This document shows, piece after piece, positions 26,049 through 38,293 of a stretch of 64,000 nucleotides of DNA (the stretch's first letter is position 1; each line of letters opens with the position of its first letter). A program made the position numbers and the translations under genes. The notes under the pieces are model-generated. The model was not told where the DNA came from, did no database searches, and saw only the letters and a program-made list of their open reading frames with translations. Origin of the DNA: Camelus ferus (lineage: Eukaryota). The stretch is from NCBI RefSeq assembly GCF_009834535.1, contig NC_045696.1:97838001-97902000 (forward strand), written 5' to 3'.

Positions 26049-26357
26049 ATAAGAATGAAGGAATAACTGAAATCCTTTGCCATTAAAAAAAGAAATCCCC
26101 TTTCCTATAGTACTGTAGACATCAATACCATCAAAGCTTTTGCTAGATTAGAGTTCTGGCTTTCTCTCTCCCCCTGCCCATGACCTCTCTACCTGCCAGA
26201 AGGTGACGAGCAGGGCCTTGACCCACTAATGGGCAGCCAAAGGGGATGGAGCAGCCAAAGACTTGTCTGCATGATCATCCTCTAAATAGTCCCGAACGGT
26301 AGAGGATCAGACATGCTCACCCTGGGCTAGGTCATGTCAGGGACTCATTATCAAAGT

Positions 26358-26378
26358 TCTGTACGTGACTACACTCAC
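26358..26378 (+). promoter_or_regulatory. Candidate CP distal hypoxia-response element (HIF site TACGTG + CAC ancillary motif)
   Basis: tctgTACGTGactacactcac closely resembles the human CP HIF-1 enhancer core as recalled (TCTGTACGTGACCACACTCAC). Confidence 0.65.
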
Positions 26379-27424
26379 TGATGAAATTCCAAAGTTACAC
26401 AACTTCCTGCAAAAAAGAGCACCAGTGGTGGTCTGACCGGTCATGGCCAGAATGACCTGCTATTTTATACTCAGTGTCTCCTGCTGTCACAAAGTGAAGC
26501 ACTGTCCTCAGTGGTTTATATGTTAATAATTCTGATGTTATGGAGTAGAGGTTTAGAGCCAATTCTCATGGATCAACAAGAAACAAACTAGAGAATATAA
26601 ACAGGAATAGTGGAGGTAACGAGAGACTGAATCTTGACAGACAGAAATAAAACTGAAGCGATATTCTGTAAAAAAGAAAAAAAAATGATTGCTTCCTTGA
26701 TTTTAGCTATAATCAGTCCCAGAATCTTGGTTACTAAATACAGATAAGACCCACCCAGTCCAGAAATCGTTAGGTCAATAAGAAATTGTGGGAAATGATT
26801 AAAACTTGTGATATGTAACCCTGCTTGAGTTACTAAAGAGTCAACTCAAGTGAAACAGTAATTATTTATAACAAAGTCCAAAGTTACACCCTGGGGTTTT
26901 GAGGTAAAAAACTTTCAGACAGACACAGTTAATAGGACAGGCCGTTTGGTTCAGTCAAGATTCCTCCCTTCCTCTCTTTCTCAGAATGCTCTAAGTTAGT
27001 TGACTGAGCCTCTCCTGGTAGCCCCTTTGTCTTCTTGCCTCATCCCAGTCTATGCTGAGTGCAGAAACTCTTAACTGCAACATTATTCCAAGTTTGCACT
27101 TAAGAACCAACTCTGGAGTCACTGCAAGGAAGTTTGAGTGTTAAACAAATCTGTCCATGGCCGGTTGCTTATTGGCCCCCAGTGGCCTCTCCCTCTTATT
27201 CGGACAGTCCTGAGCCCTCCCTACTTCCTGACACCCAGCAGCTATGTGCCTTCTAATGGGAAGGGCAACTGTCTCAAAACAGGACAGAAATATGACTTCA
27301 TGACCCTTCCTGCATTACACCATAGCATGCTGACTTGAGTGGGTCAGCGATGTTACTGTTTAACCATTTCATTTCACTACCAATATGCCAATATGACGGG
27401 GTGCTATCAGTGAACATCCTGGAG

Positions 27425-27613
27425 TCCTCTCACTCCCTTGAATGATGTAGCAATCAACACATATGATTTATTAACAATGAAAGAGAACCACAGTACTAGA
27501 ATTATTTTTACAAAAGATTAAAGAATAACTTATTCACAAGGTTTGATTACACAGAACTTCAATGGGTGACTTTCTTGAAAAGTCTTTCTCCCTTGCCTGA
27601 TCTCATTTCCTCT
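27425..27613. repeat. Inverted repeat, right arm, abutting the truncated ERV env
   Basis: Reverse complement of 25861-26048. Confidence 0.92.
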
Positions 27614-30600
27614 CAGGAATAGTTAGTCCTTTCTTAGCAGATGGGGACTACTGACATCAAGACTCCCTGTTCAGCTCCCAACCATGCCAAGCCATCCCAA
27701 ATATAAGCTGTGGGAATCCAGCAATCATTTAACCGGTTTCACACTAGGGAGAACGCATGTTGTTTTAGATCACTATCATCAAACATACAACTTTCATCGG
27801 TAGGAGTCAGGTCACTAGGGGGAGTTTTGGCCACCAGTCCAAGCCGTTATTCCCATTCTGTGCGGTTGAACAGGTGAACTGTCAGTGGCATCCTCTCGGC
27901 ACTGGAAACAGGCAGCAAGCCTGCAGACCCAGCAGTCAGAACCACTGTGAACCTCCATGTACGCTGAGGCCAGGAGAGGGAGACATTTCTGGTAACTGCA
28001 GCCTGGGCGTCCATGAAGCAAACACTACGGGCAATTAGACAAATGTTTTAGGGGTAAAAGATAAGATAAATCCTCATTTATAAGTAATATTGTAGTCGTG
28101 ATCACCACTGGACACAACTGCCACCCCCTACCCTGTTTTGGTATTTATCCCAGCGGGTGACACCATACATTTTGTCTCACAGGGGCCTCAGTGGGAACCC
28201 ACATGTGCAAACTCACTTCAGCTCCTTGTGCTAATGATTCAGGGGGGTGATTTGGGTCTGTGCGGGGTGCGTTACTATACAAAGGCAGAACTGAAGGTGA
28301 TAATCAAGGTCCCCCAAAGGATTAAGATACCAAGCAATGAATTACAGTAGCACCAGGCTGGAGGTCCTATGGAAGAGGAGACCTTCACCTCCTGATAAAC
28401 CTAAGGCCTCCTTTTTGTCCCTAATCCATCCACCCACAGGCAGGGAAGTCCATAACTGGCGGATTAAGTCAGTGGTCAGATCCCCAATTTGTTGTAAGGC
28501 TAGGTAAACTGCTAACAATAGTTTTTCTATAGGCATAGCAGTTCTCTGCCCCTTTCCATCACTGAGACCAAAATCTTGGTGGGACTCCTTTCCTGTTTTG
28601 TTGCCGTCCCAGTCACAACCCAAAGCCTTCTGGATATATACTTGCAGTCAATTCACAACTTGCATCTGACATTAACACCCCCAGTCCTTGAACTTGTTTG
28701 ACAACCAGCTTGGCCTTTTCAAAAGCCTCTTGTTGTGGAGTGTTCCAGTCCCAGAGTGTTACCTTTTTCACTGGAGCATATAGGGGTCTTAATATCTGGG
28801 CAAGGTGGGGGCTGGGGGGAAGGCAGACAAGTACCAGAGCAGAACTATAAAGGCTCATGGTTCTTCTACATTTCAGGGCACAGGATACACCTGAATATCA
28901 TCAGTAACAGCCTCGGGCATCACTTCAGTCTTACCAGACCACATGACTCCCAGGAACTGCACTGACTGGCCTGGTCCTTGCACCTTGTCAGTATTTATCT
29001 CCCATCCCTGAGCTTTTAAATCTTCCTGAAGAGATGCCAGGGCTTGGGAAAGGGAGAGTAAGTCGCCATAGATTAGCATGATATCATCAATGCAGTGATA
29101 GCTGAAGAAGGAGGGGAAGCCCATTTCTCTAAGTCCTGGGTCACCATCCAATGACATATGGTAGGGCTATGCAGACAGCCATGGGGCAAGACGGTAAAAA
29201 TCCATCGCCTTCCTTCCGACGTGACATGGCAAGCTGGTCCTGGTACCTGTTATCCAAAGGTCTGCTAGAAAAGGCATTAGACAAATCTAAGACACAGTGA
29301 TATGTCTTGAGAGAAGAGAGGATCGTATCCAAGAGCAGGGCTGTGTTTGAAACTGCTGCATAAATAGCGGTGTTACCGTGTCTGATTCTCTGTAGGCGAC
29401 CGTCACACACCAGGTCCTGCTTATTGGGGTGTCTTTACCAGCCACACCGGGCTGCTGAATGAGCGCTGTGCTGATAGTATAGGCCTTACCTCCTCTACTC
29501 CCTTGATGGTAGCTGCTATCCTTCTCTGTCCCCCACTAGGTGATACTGTTTTATTGCCGCCAGTCTCCGAGGGATGGGCAAATTTACAAGGTCCCTCTTA
29601 GCATGACCCACCATTACAGGCTTGACTGCTTGGATTCATAAGCAGAACTCACCCGTGGTGGTTGAGAGGTCCAGGTCCTGTAGGACATTCATACTTAAAA
29701 TGTACTCTATTGTGGGCAAAATAGAAACCAGAAAGGGACAGGGAGGCAATCTTCCAATCTGTAAATACAAGCTTGCTTGTTTCACCCATACGGTTTGGCC
29801 TCCATATCCATCAATGGCTCATATTTCCCCTTAGAACCAGGAAACATTCCCATAAATCAGGGTGCACTGAGCATCACTATCTACTGAAGTCAGAACATTC
29901 TGTTTATTGGTGCAGGACCAATGAACAGTCAGTTTAACATGGGGCCTCCAGTGGCCCCCTATGGCCGGTACCAAGGAGTAACCTTGACCCCACCCCTAAT
30001 TCCTAGAAGTGGGGGGATCCACCCTTGTTCCTCATCTTCCCCCAGCAATGGAGCACAGGCTTGTGCCTGGTCCTCTTTTTCCCTTGCTATCAGGGGAGTA
30101 AACTTTTCCTTTGGGTAATGCTTTCCATAAGTTTGAAAGGACCAAATAAGGTTGTTAGGGGTCCCAGCTAATACAAGGTCTGGCTAAAATTGCTTGCAGA
30201 AAATTCTAGTTGGTCCCCTTTCTTTAATTTCCTCACTTTTTTTTTTCCTTTTTGGTTTTATCTACACTTCTATTTCCCTTGTGTCAGATCTTTTCAGTTT
30301 CACTTAAACCAGCTATTACAGTCACCATCATTTGAGTGGGTTGATTAACCATTGGAGCTAAAACTGAAAGTAAGGTCAGGTACCAGGCTCCTGGAGCGGG
30401 ACTGTAGGATACCATCTTTCATGCCTGCTGTGAATAACTCCTCATTCTCATTCCTTGGAAATTAGGAGAAGAGACCACATGCTTCCTTCCTAATTCCCTC
30501 TCCATTTCTCATAGCACTTCCATAGATGCCACCTTAAGGGTGGGAGGGGCACCTCTCCCTCATTTGACCAAGCCAGGTGTATACCTGCAAGTACCCATTC

Positions 30601-31494
30601 AATCAAGTTGGCTAGGTGTCCTCAGTTTCTCTCCCATCCCAGCTGCACACAAACGTTGCCAGAGGCCAGGCTGCCCTGTAACCAGGCCATTTAAGACATT
30701 TCTGACCCATTTAACGCAATGCCCTAGTGTCCCATACACGGAGCACGCAGGCTGCCACTCCTTCCCTCTTCTTTTGGTTAAACCTGCCGGTTAATTCTAT
30801 TGACTCAGGGGAGGAAGAGCCTCACCCTGTTGTTTTGGGGCTTGTAGGGATCTCCTCTCAATTATCTCCTTGTTCCCCTGTGGCTTGTGTTTTAGTTTGG
30901 GTCAGAGGCCGTTCTCACAGGTTCTTTCCCTCCTCTATAATTATGTCCTCATCTTCCGCAGAGTCATTATCCCAAGGATCCCACCTCTGGGGGTCGCAGT
31001 TCTGCTATGAAATACTAGTCCTCACCTTGGAAAGGGGCAGCCTGCCGCCCTGCATTTTGGCCATCTTACATGTCTTCACCTCAATGTACCCCTCCTGCTG
31101 TGTTTTCCTTAACAAAAGGTCAGAAGTGGCAGATCATACCCTCCAGACATCCCTCTCTAATGCCAGAGTCTCTTTAGTCTTCTCTAGTTTCCTGCTGAGC
31201 TGTGATTGCTTTTCTTGCTAATCCTTAAAGCACATAACAAAGGCTGTGCAATGACCGAGATAGCTTATTCTCTTCCTTTTTTCCACTTTTGCTTTATCCA
31301 TCACTTCAGTTAATATATCTAGGAAGTCCTTTGGTGTTTTTGGGGTGTTCTGTATTCACACAGTGGCCCCAAGCATTCCATGAACCTAGCCAGGTCACCC
31401 CAACTGGAACGGGCTGGCCAGCCTGGGATTTCCCCCAGCATGACCGTTTTACCCATTCCTGTGTTGCCTTCAGGCTCCTGGCTGGCTCACTAAT
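27614..31494 (-). mobile_element. Degraded endogenous retrovirus internal region, class III (ERV-L/HERV-S-like): gag, pro, RT, partial pol 3' end, truncated env
   Basis: Minus-strand remnants: protease-like VLTSVDSDAQCTLIYGN (~29850-29900); RT YHCVLDLSNAF, CIDDIML, KVQGPGQSVQFLGV; connection PHLAQILRPLY...QQEAFEKAK; env SU-like SDCWVC (~27925-27945). Many stops and frameshifts. Confidence 0.9.
31475..31492 (-). other. Retroviral primer-binding site complementary to tRNA-Arg(ACG)
   Basis: + strand ctcctggctggctcacta matches the tRNA-Arg(ACG) 3' end CTCCTGGCTGGCTCGCCA at 16/18, 2 nt from the LTR edge. Confidence 0.85.
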
Positions 31495-32301
31495 TGTTGG
31501 AGGATGGAGGAGACGAAAAGTGCCCACAAACTGAGAAGATACCTTGACATCAAAAAATGAAACAGGCAGCTGCTTATAATCAATGGATCAGTTTATAACA
31601 GGGTAACTTACAGGGTAGTTTTAGGTAGTTTAGATAGAAATGAGTACTGGGCAGGGGGAGAGGAAGGGGAAAGGAACAATCCAGAACACAAGGAACCTGC
31701 GCTGTCAATCAACCAGAGCACAGGGAACCTGAGCTGTCAATTAACCAGAGTGCGGGGAAGCAATCAGTTAATCAATCAAGTAATTAATCAATTATGAAGC
31801 CAGGATATAAAAACAGGAGGAAGGAGGGAGCGGCGCCATTTTTCCTGTCTTGGGTTAGCCTGCCCCCAGTTCTCGGGAGGGTACTATCTTTCACTATTTC
31901 TTTTACTTCACTAATAAAAATCTTGCTTATATCATGCTTTCTGTCTCTCATCAAAAATTTTTTTTTAGGTGACAAAGAACTGAGGTGATTCTTATTTTCT
32001 GTTTCCCAGTAGCAGTAGGAGCAGCAGACATGATAGAGAGATCCAGAAGCATTCACAGCTATCCGCACCACCCAGGGGACAATGGGACAATTTTATATGA
32101 ATCTAGGGTATAGGGGTACGTCCTTGGAAACAGGAAGTTCATTCCTAAATCAAGACTTACAAATAGGTAACTGGACTCATGGGCACTAGGAATAGATCAG
32201 TGAAGGTCTTCATCATTATTCGGAGGCTAACAGCATAGAGGCCACCTGAAGACCTAAGGATCATTAAATAGTATCTGTTAACTACAAAGCCCTTGATAAC
32301 A
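31495..32301 (-). mobile_element. 5' LTR of the provirus (~407 bp, interrupted by a nested LTR)
   Basis: TGTT...AACA inverted termini, abuts the PBS, minus-strand TATAAAA near 32091-32097. Confidence 0.75.
31619..32014 (+). mobile_element. Solo LTR (ERV1-like) nested in the proviral LTR
   Basis: 4-bp TSD gtag (31615-31618 / 32015-32018); ~32-bp internal tandem repeats (~31681-31750); TATAAAAA at 31806; AATAAA at 31913; ends in CA. Confidence 0.8.
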
Positions 32302-33609
32302 GAGAAGTGATTTCCCACACAGCACAGTCCTGGGAAGGGTCAGTAGAAGGACAGGAGAAACTGTGCAGTCCCAAGATTGGCATTATTTACACCAACAGCC
32401 ATGCACTGGCTCATACAGAGACTTCTAATTAGATGCCAATTAGAAAAAAAGTGCACCCTGTGGGAGAATGAACTACTAGAAGATGCTCCCCCTGTGTGGA
32501 CCATTTGGAAACAATGGAGTCCTTCTGGGCACCAGCTTTTTTAAAGGAACAGCATCTTGCAAGGCACGGGGCTTGGTCAATGGAGTTTGGGCAAGATTTT
32601 AGCCCCACCCAGGTCGAGGGCACAATGGTTGAAGGTGGCTCTAGAAAGAGGTCTTGGCATAGCCTGGGCTTTGTGACTCAATTTTCTGTATCAGGACAAT
32701 TAGTCAAGATTATTGCTAGCTGGTGAAAGAAGCATCTGTGTGACCTAACATTTCAATTAATGTGGACAGCAGCCCTCTGAGACAGAGATATTTTACAGAT
32801 GAGGAAACTGAGACTGGGGTCAACTTTGTATCTTGCCTGGGGTCATGTGGTGCCATCAGATTTTGACCTTCATCCTACTGTTGGCCCTGGCACTCACGAG
32901 TCTCCTTCCCTGTTCTGTTTTTCTCCACAGCACTTGCAGCTAATACCAGGTATTTCGCTCTTCATTTGTATGTTGTTGGTCTCTCTCCAGTACAAGGTAA
33001 GTTGACAAGGGTAGAGATTTGTGTCTGTTTCATCACGGCTGTATCCCCACAATGCTTAGAATAGTGTCTGGCACACAGGGGTTCACCCAGTAATACTTAC
33101 TAAATGAATAAATTGTTTCAACATCAGGGTGCTTTCTCCTATACCAATCTATTTCTGTAAAACACCTTTTGGCAAACACTCACATAACGCGTTGAGGTAT
33201 TCTAGAGAAAAAGTTTACGTCAACACAAAACGTGCGCTGATATCATCAGGGTTTTCCTCAACTAAAAAACAAAAATAAAATGAATTTCCCCCAAATTCAT
33301 GTCCTCATCAAAGAGAGAAATCTCAGGTTAGTAAAGTAGAGCTCCTTCCATTTAAGTAAGATCAAATTTGCCTTTGAAGATGGGTTTATCTAGGTCTGAT
33401 TTCTTCAATGATTGAAACAGCATCATCAACCCCTGTTACACTCTGCTATTTATTTGTATTTAGCAATACAGACTAACCTGATAAACTTTCTATGCAGATG
33501 TGTTCAGAGCTTACAAAATAAATAAATCCTTCAAAATAAATTCTTATTTTGGGGTACTTAAATTTGGCATGCTAAATATCACATTTCATAACTAAAGTGG
33601 TAATTTACT

Positions 33610-33797
33610 ATTGTTTGGCTTTTCGAAAGCAAAGAGCTATGTATTTTGATTCATTGTGATAATTTTAATCCCAGTTTATTGAAAGTTCGCTGAGTGCGGG
33701 GCATTGTTTGGCTTTTCGAAAGTAAAGAGCTACGTATTTTGATTCATTGTGCATAATTTTAGTCCCAGTTTATTGAAAGTTCGCTGAGTGCGGGGCA
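33610..33797. repeat. 93/94-bp tandem duplication in the CP promoter
   Basis: Copies at 33610-33702 and 33703-33796 differ by 3 substitutions and a 1-nt indel. Confidence 0.95.
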
Positions 33798-34009
33798 CTG
33801 TACTGTGGCGTATTGTTGGAGGAACAAAGGGAGCATTTAGACATGATCTCTGCCCTCCTGGAATTTACACAACAAATGGTAGAAGCAGAGTTATCCACAC
33901 TCCAGTGCCTCCAACAATAACTGTTGACTTTTAATTTGTAATCAGAGAATCCTGGCAATGGAAATCTAGGGTTTTTTTCTGGGTTTACGAGAACTGAACT
34001 GAAGTGGAA

Positions 34010-34155
34010 AATGTTATTTGCTTTAACGAAATAATTTAGTCTTGTGCAACATAAAATTCTGTCAGTCAAGCAAATAAAGGAAGAAAGCCTTATTTATAAA
34101 ATTGCCTGCTTCCGATTTCATTTCACTGCGTCTCAGGCTTCAGGAGGAAAAAAGA
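34010..34155 (+). promoter_or_regulatory. CP: CP proximal promoter / 5' UTR
   Basis: TATA-like tatttataaaa at about 34091-34101, forkhead-like TATTTGC (~34016) and GCAAATA (~34070), and C/EBP-like ttgtgcaa (~34042), directly upstream of the ATG. Motif function is inferred. Confidence 0.65.
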
Positions 34156-34301
34156 ATGAAGATTTTCTTGCTTGGTATTTTTCTAATTTTTTATAGTACC
34201 TCAGCCCGAGCCAAAGATAAGCATTATTACATTGGAATTATTGAGACAACTTGGAACTACGCCTCTGACAATGGAGAAAAGAAGCTTATTTCAGTTGACA
34301 A
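34156..34301 (+). CDS. CP: Ceruloplasmin coding exon 1 (signal peptide + start of domain 1)
   Basis: [48 protein letters not shown]; gtaagt donor; 146 nt. Confidence 0.98.
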
Positions 34302-36149
34302 GTAAGTTACTATTTTTTCTTGTTTATAGACCAAACTTATAAATTGTTGATTAAAAAAAATAGAGCCAATAAGATGAAGTATTTCTTTGATATGTTATGT
34401 AAAACAAGCTGCAAAATATGGGCTTGAAACCCAAGACACTTTAAAAAATCTCCTCTAATTCCTGGGATTTTGTTTGTTTATTTTTTGAGAGGCTGCCTCA
34501 CTCCTTTTCACTTGGTCCTGGGGAACTGTGTGGGCTTGTTATTACCTCCTCTGGTTGTTACTGCATCTTCCATCAGGATTCTGTCTTTTTGTCTGTTTCT
34601 GCTAGAAGTTATATAATCTAAAGAAGGACTGTATAACATGTTATGTTAACCCTACCATTTACTGACTACTAGTGGTGAGAATAAACGTTTTTTAATCCTT
34701 CAAAGAATGATTTATAGAAATCAAATACAATTTTAATAAATATAACTCTGCCTAATACTTGTTGAATGACTCTGGACACATAATTACACTCATCTTTCTC
34801 AGACTTAGCATCCTAATCTGTAAAACGAAGATAATAAGAGTACTCCACTGGGTTGTTTGAAGAGTGGGCATGCAAAGCTCTTAGCACTGTGCCTGACGCA
34901 TCACACATGCACCAAAGAAATGTCAGATATTTATTATAACGCCCCTTCAGAAAACTCCATGTAACTTAAAGGTTTTCATGTGTCCATTGAAAGCTCTCTT
35001 ATTGCAAGCAACACTCACCTTACAGAAAAACAAGAGTGCAGTTCTCCTTGAAGTTTTTTGTAATGGAAGTTTCTCTATACCAAAGTCATCACTTTGAATA
35101 CTGTTAATACCGAATTGAAATTTGTTATTCAAAACCAGTGTTCATTACAGTTAAAAATGTATTTTAATAGTGAAAAGGGAGTTTTAATCTGATGAATGTA
35201 TTTTAATAGTAACACTTAATGTATGTTAATGGTGACAAATGAGCCCAATGACCATCCGCTGCTAAGACTGTATCTTCAAAAAAAGCTCACAAGTATCCAA
35301 ATTTCATAATTGCTGACGAGTAGACATTACTTTCATTAACTGTATGTGTGTTTGAAACTTTTCAAAGTAAAAGAATAAATGCATAGCTGATAATAATATC
35401 AACTTTTTAAGTTTTTTTTTTTTTAGTTAATAATATACAGTAAGGAAAGTTTCTGACCTAAAGAGAATTGATTTCAAATAAAACTACTAAATCTTGCAAT
35501 TAATTTTTTTAAAGCTTGGTTTTGAAGTAGTATTCTCTTCTTAGGAATATGACAGATTTTTATGGCTCCAGAGTGACTATTATTTTGTATGGATTCAGCA
35601 TTTCCCCGTTAAATATAATGTAAATTGTATACGTTTTTAATAGGAAAACCAGACAGATTTTTTTCAAAAGTCAGACACCTTAGAAAAAAAAAGTACTGTC
35701 CTACTTTGTGGCCTCACCCACCATTCTTCTGCCAATACTCGTGATCAAAAATCAAATCTGCTTTATTTGGCATTATCTAAGTCCAGGACATTGCCCTGAG
35801 CATGAGTTAATAATTCTAGACATTTAGAAGAGAAAAGCGCTTTGTTAAGGAATTGTTTTTTTGCAGGGAAGGAAGAGAATTCCTTTATTTTTAAACACTC
35901 TAGTGTCCTACCTGTGCTAGGGAGGTTATACGTCATGGGCTTGATCATCTCCTTTTGCTTCAGTAACTGCCTAGCGTTGTGCAAACTCCAGATGGCACTG
36001 CTCACTCTGCCTGTGCAATTTTTCTATACATCTGAACAGCGAATGTTGAATAGAGCTGCAGCAATTTTGCCAATACTTTGCTAACCTTTCTGTACAGATG
36101 AGTTGAGGTAGCAACTTTTTGTTCCCTGTGTCTCAGATTTGCAGAATAT

Positions 36150-36500
36150 CCAGCTGCTTAATCCATTCACTGTTCTGTAACAAAACGCCCCAGTCTGGGT
36201 CGACAACAGAAATTTGTTTCTCGCAGTTCAGGAGGCTCGGACGTCGAAGATCAGGGTGCCAGCGTGGTCATGTTCTAGTAAGAGCTCTCTTTCTGGTTCA
36301 TAGTCTTTTCTCTGTGTCCTCATTTGGTGAAAGGGGCTAAGGGTCTCTTTGGAGACTCTTTTATAAGGCACCACCCTCATTCATTAGGGCTCCACCCTCA
36401 TGACCTAAACCCCTCCCAAAGGCCTCACCTCCTAATACCATCACATTAGGGGATAGAATTTTAACATATGAATTGGGGGGGCACAAATATTCAGATCATA
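36150..36500 (-). mobile_element. MaLR LTR (MLT1A/B-like)
   Basis: ctccaccctcatgacctaa...cctcccaaaggcc...aataccatcacatt...catatgaatt...attcagatcatagca. Confidence 0.8.
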
Positions 36501-38293
36501 GCACCCACCCAGTTGGCAAAGGATGATGCCTTATCACCAGACAAGATTGACATCCTTGCTGTGTGAAGGTTAAGAAGGTTAAGTGGAGATAAACAGGCTG
36601 AGAAATAGGTTGAAAGAGGGCAATATGGTTGTTAGGCAGAGAATTAGGTTTAAGCTGATGTTGACCTTGAAGATCTGGAACAATGGAGAGGAAAGTCTGT
36701 ACTGAGACGGCAGAAATTCCATCTGTTACATTCACTGGTGATCATTTGTTAGTGCCTAGAACGTAGGAGACACCAAATAAACATCTTTGAATAAATGAAA
36801 GTGAATGAATAAAAGGTATATAGAAGCTAGAAGAAATGATAGGCTGTGTTACAAAAACTTTCCCTTGATCCTAGTGTGGACAGATTTACACTGTAGAACA
36901 AATCAAAAGATAGAATGAAATAGGAAAAGTCGATTTATGGAGTTCTACATAGGGTTAGTAGGACTGAAAACTTTGTCAGATATAAAAGAGAAAAATGTAT
37001 GGATTTCTTACTAGGGAAATAGAGTTTATTTCTTTTTCTTTCTTTTTTTTTTTTTTTGTACCAGTAGCATTTACGTCTAATGGCGCGAGGTAGAAAGTAA
37101 TTTCTTTATGCTCAGCATTGCCATTTACCTGGTCAGTGCCTTATCTGCAACTTCAACAAATCAATAAATAATTAAAGATCTATAAAATATAGTTCCTGCT
37201 CCTAAATTATTTGTATTTAAATAACAATAAAAGACATATATAAAAAAACAATTAGCAAATACAATACTGTGTTCTGGGCCCATAGTAGGCCCTAATTAAA
37301 TATATGAATATATGTTGACTTTGCTGGGTCCATAATAGCAGTAAGTGACAATCCTCCTGTTTTCTTCAGGTTACTTTTTTTTTTTCTGGTGACCTAGAGG
37401 AAGCTAGAAGTAAGTGAAAAATTCTTTAAACACAAGAAGAGCCAGCACAAAGCCCTTCTACACGGACACTGTACGCTCTCCGTCAGGCTTGATGATGTTA
37501 ACATACGTAACATACAGGTTTTACAGACTTTGTTACCTAGTTTTACAGCCCTCTATAGGTTTGAGAAATAAATCAGAAATGTTATAGTAAAGATGTCTTC
37601 ATCATCAAAACCAATGACCAAGAAGAAGTTCAAATTTTGGCCAAAGAAACAGAGGACAAACTAAGAATAGTCCACATTATGGTATTATCATAAGTATTGT
37701 AATATTGAGTGATCAGGATACTGTAAGTGCTTAATAAATGTTAGTATTTACCATTACTATCATGAAAAAATTGAATTTTTTCCCTAGTACTCCCTGTTTA
37801 GGAAAACAGGAAAGTAAACAAAACGCTTCTAAAGAAAAAAAACTTGCGCAGAAGGTATTCATTTTACCCCTTCAAAATGATCTTAAATTTTTTTAATGAT
37901 TCTTAAGGAGGTATAATTATAAGCTAAAATTATCTGGAAGAGTCACTACCATGACTCATATGTACTTCAAGGCTGCCAAATAAAAAATAGTAAAGCGAAA
38001 GCCAGTGTGCTACAAACACCTCACATAGGACCGCCTGCGTGCGGGAGCTAGTGAAGCGAAGACACCATTTCAGACTTGTCAAGCTCTACAATTTATTATC
38101 ACCGCTGCTATTTTCCCCTAAAAACAGATCTAAGAGGGCTGACACCTCAATACCGCTCTCATGCTGTGGTAGTAAAGCCAGGCTAGTTAGAACCCATAAG
38201 TCATTTGAGTTTGTGCGATTTTTGTGCTGTGTAAACTAGGTTGAGTCTTCGCCTAGTAGTTAATTTTTGACTGTTGTCCTTGTGATTCCTGTG

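Noticed and set aside
27614..28030. Possible domesticated env (syncytin-like) gene
   Set aside because: Frameshifted and truncated after ~400 bp; no furin site or TM CX6CC motif seen.
29622..31534. Several + strand ORFs of 65-164 aa
   Set aside because: They are antisense to the degraded gag/pro region and have no recognisable protein features.
34102..34155. Apparent 18-aa N-terminal extension of CP
   Set aside because: Starts at TTG immediately after the TATA-like box; the ATG at 34156 begins a normal signal peptide.
35156..35236. Three spaced copies of aatgtattttaatagt-like motif (superficially array-like)
   Set aside because: Short, AT-rich and irregularly spaced in a mammalian intron; best explained by local slippage. 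Not CRISPR.
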